This document shows, in pieces, positions 1-19,509 of a stretch of 64,000 nt of DNA (position 1 is the first letter of the stretch; each line of letters opens with the position of its first letter). The stretch is taken from assembly GCF_009914755.1 (NCBI RefSeq), contig NC_060936.1. The stretch is one strand, 5' to 3'. The translations under genes and the position numbers were made by a program. Source of the DNA: the human T2T-CHM13v2.0 reference genome, Homo sapiens. The notes beneath the pieces are model-generated. The model ran no database searches, was not told the origin of the DNA, and saw nothing but the letters and a program-made list of their open reading frames with translations.

Positions 1-120
1 TGGTTGTTGTTAGAAAACCAATTCATACTTTGTAGTAAGATCAAGAAAGCCTCAATAGCAAACTTCCAGAATGGGTGTCAATACTCTAACGTAAAATCCT
101 CCAGTGGATCACTCTTTCAG

Positions 121-910
121 GAAAACCATATGAAAAAAATGCTCAATATCACTAGTCATTAGGGAAATGCAAATCAAAACCACACTGAGATACCAAACTT
201 ACACTAGTCAGAATGGCTATTATTAAGAAGTCAAAAAATATCACATGCTGACAAGGTTGTGGAGAAAAAGAAAAGCTTATATACTGCTTGTGGGAATGCA
301 AATTAGTTCAGCCACTGTGGAAAGCAGTTTGAAGATTTCTCAAAGAACTTAAAACAGAGTTACCATTTGACCTCAAAATCCCCTTACTGGGTATATACCA
401 AAAAGGATATAAATCATTCTACCATAAAGATACATGAATGCATATGTTCATCACAGCACTGTTCACAATAGCAAAGATGTGGAATCAACCTATATGCCCA
501 TCAATTGGATAAAGAAAAAGTGGTACATGTATACCATGGAATACTTTGCAGTCATTAAAAAGAACAAAATCATATCCTTCGCAGCAACATGGATGGAGCT
601 GGAGGCCATTATCTTAAGCAAATTAACACAGGAACAGAAAATCAAATATCGCATGTTCTCACTCATAACTGGGAGCTAAACAGTGAGTACACATGGACCC
701 AAAGAAGGAAATAATAGACACCAGGGCCTACTTGAGGATAGAGGGTGGGAGAGAGTGAGAATTGAAAAACTACCTGGGGTATTATGCTTATTATTTGCAT
801 GAAAAAATTATTTGTACAACGAATCCCCATAACAATGCAATTTATACATTTAATAAACCTGCATATGTACCCCTTGACCCTAAAACAAAAGTTGAAAAAA
901 AAAAATAAAC
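121..910 (+). mobile_element. L1 3' end (ORF2 C-terminus + 3'UTR + A tail), older L1PA (about L1PA15/16)
   Basis: ORF 434-679 reads INWIKKKWYMYTMEYFAVIKKN..ELEAIILSKLTQEQKIKYRMFSL, the L1 ORF2 C-terminus; a typical old-L1PA 3'UTR ends in an A-rich tail at ~895-910. Confidence 0.9.
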
Positions 911-1260
911 CAAAAAGGAAACGCTGTATCACAGTTGCAGCCCCTACCGCTAGGGTAGGGCCCAGTGCTCTGGACGGCACACTGGCGGCCATCGTGTGGA
1001 AAAATTTAGACTGTAATTTCTATGAGTGGAAAAGAGAATTGAAGTCCAATCTTCAATTGTTTGGAATTGTATAAAAACATATTAAATAACTATTTGATTT
1101 ATATTTTGCTTTTTATGTTTGAATGAAAATAATATATGATAAAAATATGTGTTTACCCTAAAACCATTCTTTAATAAAATTAAAATAAAAGCTGTAAGAG
1201 ATAAGAAAGTATTGTTTCATAGCTTAATTGGCAGGGAAATGTTTTCCTTCATGGCTATGA

Positions 1261-1909
1261 AGATTACAAGTGATCATGTAAAACACACACATTGATGATT
1301 TTTTTTAAAATGTACTTAGCACATACTAAAGATTCAGGATGAGCTGTCATTATAAGAGGAGATGGTATAATATTTCTGGCCCTAGTCTTTATATCACCAC
1401 TTTACTTCCTCTATCTTTTACCTCACCAGCTAAGGTATCTGCATTCTAATAAGCTCTCCAGGTGCTTCTCTAAAGTTTGAGAACGTCTTGCTCAGACTAT
1501 CAGGCTTAAACAAGTCTTCCTTCTTTCTACTTTTTCCCTCTCTCTGAATGATCAAACTGGTGGACTTTCTCTTCTGGTCACTTGCCTTCTGACAGTAGAT
1601 AAAGGTACAGGAAGTAGACAGTGAAAGACTCGGGGGCACACCTTGTTTTAATGCAGTGATCTGTCTCACCAGAGAAACTACAGCCCCATTGAATGCTGTA
1701 GACTCTGATCAATCAAGTAGCAACTCTTCTTGAAGGGAGGAGCTGGTAAGGTAAAAGATAGAGGTAAAGTGGTAATATAAAGACTAGGGCCAGAAATATT
1801 ATACCATCTCCTCTTACAATGATAGCTCATCCTGAATCCTCAGTATGTGCTAAGTACTTTTCTTAAAAAAATCATCAATGTATGTGTTTTACATGATCAC
1901 TTGTAATCT
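1261..1909. repeat. Long inverted repeat: arms 1261-1431 and 1741-1909, ~310-bp spacer
   Basis: Left arm agattacaagtgatcatgtaaaacac...ttttacctcaccagct is the reverse complement of agctggtaaggtaaaa...acatgatcacttgtaatct, with scattered substitutions and small indels (roughly 90%+ by eye). Confidence 0.95.
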
Positions 1910-2955
1910 CCAAAATATGCCTACAGTGAGGTAATATTATTGTTTTCAATTTAAAGTAATTGAGCCTTAAAAGAAACTATATATTAATATTTACAGTTGA
2001 ATATGAGTATAATTTGATATTTGGGACTGTATTGCTAGGAAAAAAACTACACTGTAAATAACTGACTCAGATGGCACTGAACAATTATTTACATTCTCTT
2101 TCTTTTCCTTTTAAATTCCTGATTAAATTGTTTAATCAGACTATTGATAAACAAAATAACTTTTTTAGTGTTATATTAAGACTAAATATACCTCCATATA
2201 TTATAAATTGAAATACTTTTGTTGCAAACAATAGAAATAGACTCCATCTAACTTAGTTAAGAAGAAGTTTATTGGAAAGATATGAGCCTGGCTCACATAA
2301 TCAAAGAGGCAGCTTAAGAACTATGTTCAAAAAGAGAGCTAGCCCCAGAGATCCAGGTAGCTGAAGCTAATTGGCTCTTTTATGGGCACTTGCTTTGTGC
2401 TTCTCTATTATGTATCTGCCTCTTTTCTGTATGTGAGAGCAGAGAATCGTCACTGACAGCCTCTCCCAGGTCATACACAGAGAGGAAGTAGAAATTCACG
2501 AAGGAAACTGAGGTGTTATACAGGACAGCAATGCATGCCAAAGTAGTAAAAACAACAAATACCCACTGCACTGTATTTACTCTCATGTTTGTTCAGCTAT
2601 AACTTGGGTCCTAATTTCTGGGTTTACAAGAGTGAAGGAATGAATTATATGTTCTTTCCTTCATTCAATAAATGTATATTGCAAGCCTAAAAGAAAGAAT
2701 AGCAACTTCGAATATGAAAGTGAAAACATTTCAGTGATCCAGTTTGCAACATAGCAGCAGCAACAATAAATCACTGCATTAATTAATGAGTTGAAGAGTA
2801 TAATCAGTGCTCCCAAGGAAGGTTTATGGTGCTATTACAGAGAACAAGGGGTGATAGGAAACCTAGGTCCTAATAGAGGTTCCTTAGGAAAAGATTCTCT
2901 CAGTAGGAGATAAATTAACAGATATATTGATCATAAAAATATAATATAGGAAAGT

Positions 2956-3019
2956 TTTAAAGTTAATATTGTTATGTGTGAATTTGATCCTGTCATTATG
3001 ATGTTAGCTGGTTATTTTG
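2956..3019 (-). mobile_element. Isolated 64-bp L1PA fragment spanning the inter-ORF region and ORF2 start codon
   Basis: 62/64 identical to 19406-19469 of the full-length L1 in this window. Confidence 0.85.
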
Positions 3020-4499
3020 TAGTTAATTTTTTAGGTACTATCTCTAACTTTTTCTTCAATTTCTCTTTTATCAGTTTGGATATTTCTTCTTGGTAATTAA
3101 CTATGTTTCACCCATTTGGGCTTTTCTTCCCTCTTTCAAAGCATGTTATAGTTGCTCCTACAACATACATTTAGTGGAGCACAATAGGTTAAAAGTACAA
3201 AGAACATTTCTTCCAATTTCTGCAGAGAGCTGCTGATTGATAGCTGACAGTTTTTGCTGTATTGTAATGTCCCTTTTATCCCAGCTCTATAGTTGCAGTA
3301 AAAAATGTTTTTGTGTGGCAAAATACAGTAGTATCCAGAAAGTTTATTTCTTGGGGGGTTTGTTGTTATTAAAGCCTACTGGGAAGTCAGGCCTTTTCCA
3401 GTAAAGTTGTAGTTTCCTAATGAAAAGACTTATTCTACTAAAGTGAGAGCAGAATCTCTGGGAGATTAGAGAGAGGAAGTGAAAAAGAGAGGAAAAATCC
3501 CCAAAGAATAATACAGAAATATCAATAGTGTATCAGCCAAAAATGGTACACTATTAATCAAATTAAGCAAGCAAATAAGGGATCATCATAAGACATTTTG
3601 TCTTTCAAGCACAGTGCACAGTAGTGAGTAGCAGGTACAGCTTGCTTGGTGGCTGGTAAGTGGCAGGGAAGGTTTCTAATTTCTAGGAAGCCATGCTCCC
3701 TCAGATGAGAAGGGGTAGCAGTGATTGAATAGTAAGGTTTCACCAAACAGCATTATTTTTCTCTCATAGCCAGGATTCCTAGCAGGAATGGTAACATTTA
3801 AAAGAAAACTAATTCTCACTCTAACAAAAAATAATTAGAAGGTGGGAAATATAAACTCACCCATAAAATCCAATAAGTTGAAGGGTAAATCTTTAACTCA
3901 GCTCAACAAGGGAACCTAATTTGGAATTTACCACTGTCAAAGAAGCACTTTTCAATGGACGAGGACAACTCCCAAAGCAAGTACAAATAATAGAGATCCA
4001 GAAAAATCAGAAAGAAATTTAGAAGTAAACCTCAGATTATAGCATAACAAAGGCAAAATTTCTCCCTAACAATTTAAGATAAGCCATCAAAATAAAAGTA
4101 AATAAGCCTTTTAAATTGAGACCTAAGGAAAATCAAATAAATATAAACAAGGAGGGAGGGATTTAGGAGCTCTATTTATATTATGTGGAGGCAAAGGCAT
4201 TTACCAGATTCATGTCCCCATCAAAAGTGCATAAACACAAAATCACAAAATACATTGTATTAAAAATTCTACAGAAAAGTAATATAAAAGTGAAAATAAA
4301 GTTAAAACCACCTTGTAAATACCAAGAAACAATGACAAATTTGTACAATAAGTGTTTGCCATTTGCAAACAAACTGGAGAAGATTGGATTACATAGTTAA
4401 AAGACAAGAGTGAAATGAAAACTAGAACACTTAATGAAAGACATTAGGTCCAAAGTCAAACATAAATGTAAAAGTAGGGAAAATACCTGCTAAATTTTC

Positions 4500-6110
4500 T
4501 TATATTTAAAGAGATTTCTGAAATCAATAAAAGACAAAAAGTACGAAAATCAGAGAGAGCAATGAAATCTGCACAGAAAATAAATCGCAAATTGTTTTTA
4601 AATATATGAAAAGATTCACTTCCTCACTTATGGTAAGGTAAATACAAATGAAAATTACATAAATATAGGAATGGCTAGAGAATGTTAAAAATGTCAGTTT
4701 GACCATATAATGTATGGTCAGGCTTGGAAAAGTAGTCATTCTTATGTTTTAACTGGTAAGAATGAAAATTATTACAGCTACTATACATAAAAATTTGACA
4801 TTATCTAAAAACTTATAAATGTGTATAATTTGAAATTGTTATTCTACTTTTAGTAAATTTTATTTGAAATACATTTTAAATTATGCAGAATAAAGTGGGC
4901 ATGTGGTAATTTATAGAAGCATTTTTTATTTTCCTATTTTTTCTTCTTTTTTCCCCCTTTCCTTTTACTTACTGCTTTCTAAGGTATAATTTATATAATA
5001 TAAAATTCATCCACTGTGAGTGGACATACAATTGAATGACTTTTAGTAGATTTACAGAGTTATGCCACATCAGGACAAATCAATTTATGAACATTTCCAT
5101 CCTCTAAAACATTTCCCTTGAGCTTATTTCCATTTCCATCCTCTGAAACATTTCTCTTGAGCTTATTTGTAGTCAATAACTACTTCCACTCCAATCCTTA
5201 GGCAAACACAATTCTGTTTTCTGTCTCTATATATCTGCATTTTCTAGACCCTTAATATAATCAGAACCATACAGTATTCAGCCTTTTGCATGTTAGTATT
5301 TTCACTACACATACAGTTTTTAAGATGCTTCCATATTGCAACATGAATCATTATTTGTTCGTTTTTGTTGCTGAATAGTATTCTATTTTATGATGTACAG
5401 CTTTTGTTATACATTCGCCAGCTCATAGACATTTGGACTGTTTGAATTTTTATCATCACAGAATAATTTTTTTGTGAATATTCACGTTCAAGTGTCTATA
5501 AATATCGTTTAATTTATTCTGAGTAGAAGGTTAGTAGCTAAATTGCTAAGCTATATGAGAAGTTTATATTTAACATTTTAAGTTAAATTGAAAAAATATT
5601 TTGCTAAATTAATGTATAATTATGCATTCCCACTAGCAATACATGAGCATTCCAGTTTTTCACATTATCAGAGAGGGACCTGTGGGACAAACATTCAATA
5701 CACTAACATACATGAAACATGAGTGTTAGAAGTAGAGAATGGAGAAAATAGACCATAAAATATAGTATAAGAACAATGGCTGAAAACTCTCAAATTTAAT
5801 TAAACATTAATCTACAAATCCAAAAAGCCCTAACTAAAATAAGTACAAAGAGTTCATAATGAAACTGCTGAACTAAAGTCATATAAAAACATGAAATTAC
5901 CAACATAAAAATTAGTCATCACAGACATGGGGACAATGATTAATAGGTAACTTCTCATTAGAAACTATGAAAGCCAGAAGGTATGGAAAAATATATTCAA
6001 AATACTGGAGGAAAAAAGATTGTAAACCAAAAATTTTACATGTGAAATTACTCATTAAAAATAAAGTGCTTAATTTAAATCGTTGTATAAAATAATTTTC
6101 AGATAAATAT
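4500..6110. mobile_element. Degraded old L1M fragments of mixed orientation (+ ~4500-4920, - ~4970-5670, + ~5670-6110)
   Basis: Recognisable decayed L1 3'-end and ORF1-like motifs; boundaries approximate. Confidence 0.6.
5092..5168. repeat. Tandem duplication, 39-bp period, 2 copies
   Basis: catttccatcctct(a/g)aaacattt(c/c)(c/t)cttgagcttattt at 5092-5129 and 5131-5168, 2 mismatches. Confidence 0.9.
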
Positions 6111-6116
6111 TTAACT

Positions 6117-9155
<3,039 letters not shown>

Positions 9156-9445
9156 AGTGTATTACAAATACAGTTACACAATGATGCATCCTTACTAATT
9201 TTGAAATAAGATTTTGTAACATAAAAATCAATAGATTGAGACAAATACCCTATACTATATCAGCCAATAAAATAATGAAAATGTGGGAACAAGGAAGAGG
9301 AAGATAAGGAAATGACATAACTTTGCTACGATCTTCACATTTTATGGGGTGAGTACCAAGAGATTCTATGATAGTCTGAAGTGGATACATTAAGAAGTGG
9401 AAATAAAAATATATTTGGTAGAATTATAATCTTCCTAGGTAGAAA

Positions 9446-9799
9446 TGTTATAGACTGACTCAACGTTTGTGTCCTCTCAAAATTCATTTATTTAAATCCA
9501 TACTCCCAGTACGATAGTACAAGAAGGTGGAGTTTTTGGGAGGTTATTAGGTCATGAGGGTGGAACTATTGTGAATGAGATTATTGATTTTATTTAAGAG
9601 GCACAAAGAACTGCCTTATCCCTTCCACTGTGTAAGGACACAGATAGAATATGATATGAACAGGACGCGGACAATAAAATTGCTGGTGCCTTCATCTTAG
9701 ATGTCCCACCCTCCAGAACTGTGGGAAGCCAATTTCTGCTGTTTATAAGCTAACCAATCTATGGTATTATTATTATAGCAGCCTGAATGGACTAATACA
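9446..9799 (+). mobile_element. MaLR solo LTR (MLT1A-like)
   Basis: TG...CA termini; ttaggtcatgagggtgga, ctccagaactgtg and atggactaataca motifs. Confidence 0.8.
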
Positions 9800-10669
9800 A
9801 GTAAAATATGACACAATTTCAAATTTTATAAGAAATAGAGACATGGAAAGTAAAAGTGGAAGGTAAACAAATACCTAAAGACCATAAAATAAAATATGGT
9901 AAATAAATGATTAATTTAAAAGAGACAAAGAAAATTCTCATAATTTTTAAAATAGAATAATAAAATAAAATATATTGCCAACTCTATATGTTATGAAATA
10001 AATAAGAAGGATAATAAATTGGACCAAAATGAACAATTTTTCTTGGTTAGGAAACAAAAACCCAGTTTTATGTTCTCAGTAAAACAGTCATCTAAATACA
10101 GTATGACTCAACAACTTTGAAAGCAACAGAATGGTCAAGGAAATATTTGTTAAATTCAAACAAATAAAATGCAGCTTGGAATACCAAACAAAACCAATAC
10201 AGGTTATAATACTATTATCAGGCAAGTTTTAAATCAAAAAGGATACAGCCTTTTTTGGTGGCATGAAGGGAACCAGTTTACACATTCTAAACCGAAGATG
10301 TTACTTCATGTTTAATATTAAATCATACTACATGTAATTCATAAAATTGTGGACAACCAAATGCATGAAAAACAAAGAAATACTGACAAAAAGCTCAATA
10401 TAATTGTGTAGGAAACAGTTTTACATACCAATCTGAAATTCTTTACTGACCAAATAACATTAGGTTCCATCAGACACTTCATGATCACCATCTGTAACAT
10501 ATGAGGGCTTGAGAGAAATTCCATAATGTTACATGTGGTACAGGCCAAAAACTGCATTTACTGTGAAAAGAGAACTTACAAAGTCAGCTTTAGTCAGCTT
10601 TTTCAGCTTTAGGAAACAAAAGATATGCATCTGTGTTTTGTCATTATTTTATAAAAAGTTGCCAGGGTA

Positions 10670-11034
10670 GGCCGGGCACAGTGGCTCATGCCTGTAATCC
10701 CAGCACTTTGGGAGGCAGAGGCGGGTGGATCACAAGGTCAGGAGTTTGAGACCAGCCTGGCCAATATGGTGAAACTCCGTCTCTACTAAAAATACAAAAA
10801 TTCGCCGCGTGTGGTGGCAGGGGCCTGTAATCCCAGCTATTTGGGAGGCTGAGGCAGGAGAATCGCTTGAACCTGAGAGGTGGAGGTTGCAGTGAACCTG
10901 AGAGGTGGAGGTTGCATGAGTTGAGTGCAATCATGCCATTGCACTCCAGCCTGGGTGACAGAGCGAGACTCTGTCTCAAAATAAAATAAAATAAAATAAA
11001 ATATAAAATAAAATAAAATAAAATAAAAATTTTA
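10670..11034 (+). mobile_element. AluS (Sg-like) with internal 25-bp tandem duplication and (AAAAT)n tail
   Basis: Full Alu dimer; degenerate TSD aaaaagttgccagggta (10653-10669) / aaaaagctgctggggta (11035-11051). Confidence 0.95.
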
Positions 11035-11746
11035 AAAAAGCTGCTGGGGTATTCTGAAAGATGTGCAGTGTATGATTCTAAGTTTTGTTGGAAAGATCTC
11101 ACCAACTGAGAGCTCTCTCCTTATAAGACAAATATAAGAAGTCTTAGCAAGAGAAAAATATCAAATTATTTTAGTAACAAGATTCTTGAATAGAGCGAAG
11201 TCTATTTAGAGCAGAGGAGAAGGAAAACCATTTGCCCAGCACCTGGAGGCTTTGTGGTCTGTGCAAAGTCACAGATATTATGTTAGGAGGAAGGAAGTCA
11301 TTGGTCCTGTGAGAAGCTGAGTTAGACTACCTCCTGAATAACAGGCATGTAAATTAATCATGGTGGATCACAAAACCTAAAATAAATAAAAAATAATTAA
11401 ATACCTATCCACTACTTAGGAATGAAGAAAATAAAGCAAAAATGGAAGGGTATTTTTCTCAGTTATTTGATAATAAATTTTAAATGGATATTTTCTTAGA
11501 ACAAGATATACTGCTACACTTAAAATAGAGCACAGGAAAAGATTTCTAAAAACAAAATCAGAAAATTGGCCAGAGGTGAATGGTTTTGTGGGAGAATGCT
11601 TTATAACCTTCAAGATACTTTCAATATAATTCAAAAGTAAAGAGAAATAAAAGATTTTCTTTTCATTTGTTATTGAAACATTATTTTATTTTTAATTGCA
11701 AATATGAATTTATTTTTTCAAATATGTAACGCTTTGGCAAGGAATA

Positions 11747-12210
11747 TGTATTTGTTTCCTAGGGTATTTTAACAATGTCCCATGAACCTGGAGGCTTAAA
11801 ACAACAGAAATGTATTGTCTTTCAGTTCTGGAGGCTGGAAGTTCAAAATCAGGTTGTGAGGGGGGCCTTGCTCTCTCTGAAACCTGTAGAGGGGAATTTT
11901 TCCTTGCCTCTTCCTAACTTCTGGTGATGGCTGTCAATCCTTGGTCCTCCTTGGCTTGCAGCTACATTACCCCAATCTCTTCTCTCACCTGCTATTCTCT
12001 CCATGCAGCTCCACATCATTTTCTTATAAGGACACAAGTCATATTGCATTAAGGGCCCACTCTATTTGGGTATGACCTATTGTCAACATAACTAATTTTA
12101 GTTGCAAAGACCACATTTTCAAAAAAGGTCATATCATGAGGTACTGCCAGTTAGGACTTTAACATATCTTATTTTGAGGGTGGTGGTTGCACAAAACTAA
12201 ACCCATTGTA
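11747..12210 (-). mobile_element. MaLR solo LTR (MLT1C-like)
   Basis: ggcttaaaacaacagaaat..cagttctggaggctggaag, cttataaggacac, gaggtactg..ttaggactt motifs. Confidence 0.8.
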
Positions 12211-12484
12211 ATATGGTAGTCAAAATTACATACAAAGTTATGCTCTATTTCATCCTTATATTTTGTTCTCCATTCCACCTAGCCCCTTATAGGTAGTAAT
12301 TTCTTGTTTCTACAGCCAGTGTTTCCATTTTCAAACAAAAGCAGAAATTGTATGTGTTTGTGTGTGTGCACGTATTTATCTTCTTTTTGCTTGTGTGTGT
12401 AGCATATTGATACCCTCTTCAGCAATTTGCAAATTTTCACTTCACAAATATGTCACTCGAAATCACTACAGAGACCTCTTCCTG

Positions 12485-12580
12485 TACAAGTAAACTACAA
12501 TCTACTTATAATCTCACTACAAGTAAACTACAAGTAAACTACAGTAAACTACAAGTAAACTAAAATCTCACTTATAATCA
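12485..12580. repeat. Compound minisatellite, 11-bp unit TACAAGTAAAC
   Basis: About 5 copies of the unit, bracketed by two copies of aatct(c)acttataatc. Confidence 0.85.
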
Positions 12581-15043
12581 ATAATGTAAAAAAATTACCT
12601 AATGATGTTCATGTTATTTCAACGAGTACACAGACATTATTTTAATCATTCAAAAACAATTAATTATAATGGCATCTATGTATATGTCCTCTCATACAGC
12701 TAAAACAAGCAATATAGTATTGAGGTTATGACCAGAAAGGTTGACTCACCATTTTATCATGTAATGTTTAATTAATTTGACACATTAGCTAAATTCTATG
12801 ATGCTCAGGTTCTTCCTCGATAAGAACATAATGGCAATCTTCAGAACATAATAGGTAATGTACCTATTTCAGAAGGCTACATTAAAGATCAAAGAAACAA
12901 TACACAAAATTTATTTGGCTGATTCTTGGCCCATAATAAGTGCCCAGTAGTGATTAGCTATTATTATTTTAATAGGAGTAGTGATTATTAGTAGGACTAG
13001 GTAGTACAGTTATTATTTTTCATGTAAAATGAGAAAAAAATATGATTAGGTCAACAGAATGTGAAAAGGCGCTTACCAAAATACAACACTATTCCTGAAA
13101 ACATTTTTTTAAAACAGTTCATGGGTAGGTAGATAAATCTGTAAATAGAAGCCAACTTATGTTTACATATAAAATACCAAAAGGTGATGAGTTTGCTGCT
13201 ATTGCCACCAATAGCCCACCTGAGTTGCTAAACAAAGTAATCAAAGGAAAAAATAGAAGATACCAATATGGAATAGAAAAGGAGAAATAACCATTATTTT
13301 TGGATAATATATTTACTTTAAAAGCATCATATAATCAATAGATGTATACAAGAAAATGTCCATTAAGAAGAATAACTCAAAAATAAGACTCATATTTATG
13401 AATTTAACAAGACTTGCATAGGCTTATACAGAGTGAAAGCTGTACAACTTTGCTAAGGGATATAAACATTGATTTTTAATGGAGAGATGTGGCTTTTTTC
13501 TGAAGAGAAAAACATAATCTTATAAAGATGTAACTTTCCCCAAAATTGAACAATGAAATCAAACCAACCTGCATCGAGTATAGACAGGGCTTTGTTTTTC
13601 TTGGAAGAATATATTTTTGAATTCTGGGAAAATAAATGAGTTACAATATGAGTCCTCAAAAACATCAGTAACACTTCTATAATTAAATTGTGTAGGTCTA
13701 AGTAGAAATATGCAAAAGAGTATATGAGAAAGGTCTAAAAAAGTTCTCTTTGAGATTATTTTGTTCTAATATGAAGAAAACAAATGTCAATTATGTGTAT
13801 GTACCAGTAGAAGAAATTACTAAAATTGATATACCCAAAACACACAAATCTTAAGCTTTGTGATATTTTGATGTAATAAGAAATGCTTTTAAAATGTGGA
13901 GAAATAAGGACCATTCCCAGTTATATTATAGCAGTCTTGGGGAATATGCAACTTGGAAAAACAGAGCCCTGCTTTTTCAAATTGGAGTGGGAAATTCAAG
14001 TAATAAACTTGTTTCAAGAATGTAAGTGAGATGCATAAAATACATCATTTAACTCTCTGACTTTCCCCATGAAGCCCCATGTTGGAGATCTAGTTCAACC
14101 AGGTCTCCACTACTAAACTCCTAAGCAAAGACCCCTAATATTAAGGAATTCCACTACCAGGACTAAAATGAGAAGATGGTATGAGTGTCTTTGCTTGCTT
14201 TGAACTACTATCACCCTCTAGCAATAGAATAGACTTTAATTGTGTAATTAAATATACACTGTATAACATGCTTTAATTGTTCCTCATACACAGGGGACCA
14301 CTTCTTTTGCTAATAGTGAGAATTACTTGGACCACTCATGATGCATAGTAAGTGAACAGAATAGAGAGCTCAGAAATCATAAGTATTCACAGATATCTTA
14401 TATACAATAAATGTATATATAAAATTTGTATAGATATGATTAATTATTAAATAACTGCAATTAAGGCAATGGGCTAGTTATTTTAAAAATAGAAGCTAGG
14501 TTACCATTTCACTGCTCAGTTAAAAATTATTTCACATTCATAAAAATGAGATTAATACTATTAAAATATCAGAAGAAAGCATTGGTAAACAAGTTTGTAT
14601 CAATGGACAGTAAAAACTTAAAAGTGAAACCAGAAACAATATCGTGGAACACTGATATATTTGACTATCTAAAATCAAATGTCTTGGATTGGCACAATAA
14701 ATACAATGAATAAAACTAAAATACAAATCGAAAGTAGAAAAACAATTGCAGCATAGATACATATATCAAAGAAAAAAATTTAAATTATAAAGGGTTTTCA
14801 CAAATAAATTATGAAATCAAAAATATGATAAACATGGGTGAAGTATGAGAATAGGGCACTTCTAAAATTAAATCAATTAACCAACACACAGGAGAAGATA
14901 CTTATTGTTGCTAATATTCAAATAATGGTGACCAATATTTGTTAGTAGAAAGGTAAATTAATACAATCTTCCCAGTAGGTATTTTGGCAACTTGTCTCAA
15001 AATATTAACTAAATGTATTTCTTGATCCAATACTCTTACCCTA

Positions 15044-15380
15044 TGTATTAGTCCATTTTCACACAGCTAACAAAGATATATCCAAGACCGGGCAATTTGT
15101 GAAAGAGAGGCTTAATTGGACTTACAGTTCCATGTGGCTGGGGAAGCCTCGCAATCATGGCAGAAGGCAAAGAGGAACAAGTCACATCTTACATGGATGG
15201 CAGCAGGCAAAGAAAGATAACTCGTGCAGGGGAACTCCTCTTTTCAAAAACATCAGATCTTGTGAGATTTTTCATGGGAAAGACTTGCCCCAATGATTCA
15301 ATTACCTCCCACCGGGTCCCTCCCACAGCATGTGGGAGTTCAAGTTGAGATTTGGGTGGGGACACAGCCAAATTATATCA
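15044..15380 (-). mobile_element. THE1 solo LTR (THE1B/C-like)
   Basis: tgtattagtcc...aattatatca termini; 5-bp TSD CCCTA at 15039-15043 and 15381-15385. Confidence 0.92.
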
Positions 15381-15622
15381 CCCTAGTAGTATATTCTTTC
15401 TTTCTTTCTTTATTATTATTATACTTTAAGTTTTAGGGTACATGTGCACAATGTGCAGGTTAGTTACATATGTATACATGTGCCATGCTGGTGTGCTGCA
15501 CCCACTAACTCGTCATCTAGCATTAGGTATATCTCCCAATGCTATCCCTCCCCCCTCCCCCCACCCCACCACAGTCCCCAGAGTGTGATATTCCCCTTCC
15601 TGTGTCCATGTGATCTCATTGT

Positions 15623-19473
<3,851 letters not shown>

Positions 19474-19509
19474 TTAGTTGATGCAGTTTCTTCCTAGTCT
19501 CGATGGTCT

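Noticed and set aside
10686-11105. 139-aa ORF (and similar ones at 46957, 47875, 48592, 58731)
   Set aside because: Typical antisense-Alu translations
12485-12580. CRISPR-like or other spaced array
   Set aside because: Adjacent 11-bp units with no unique spacers, in eukaryotic DNA
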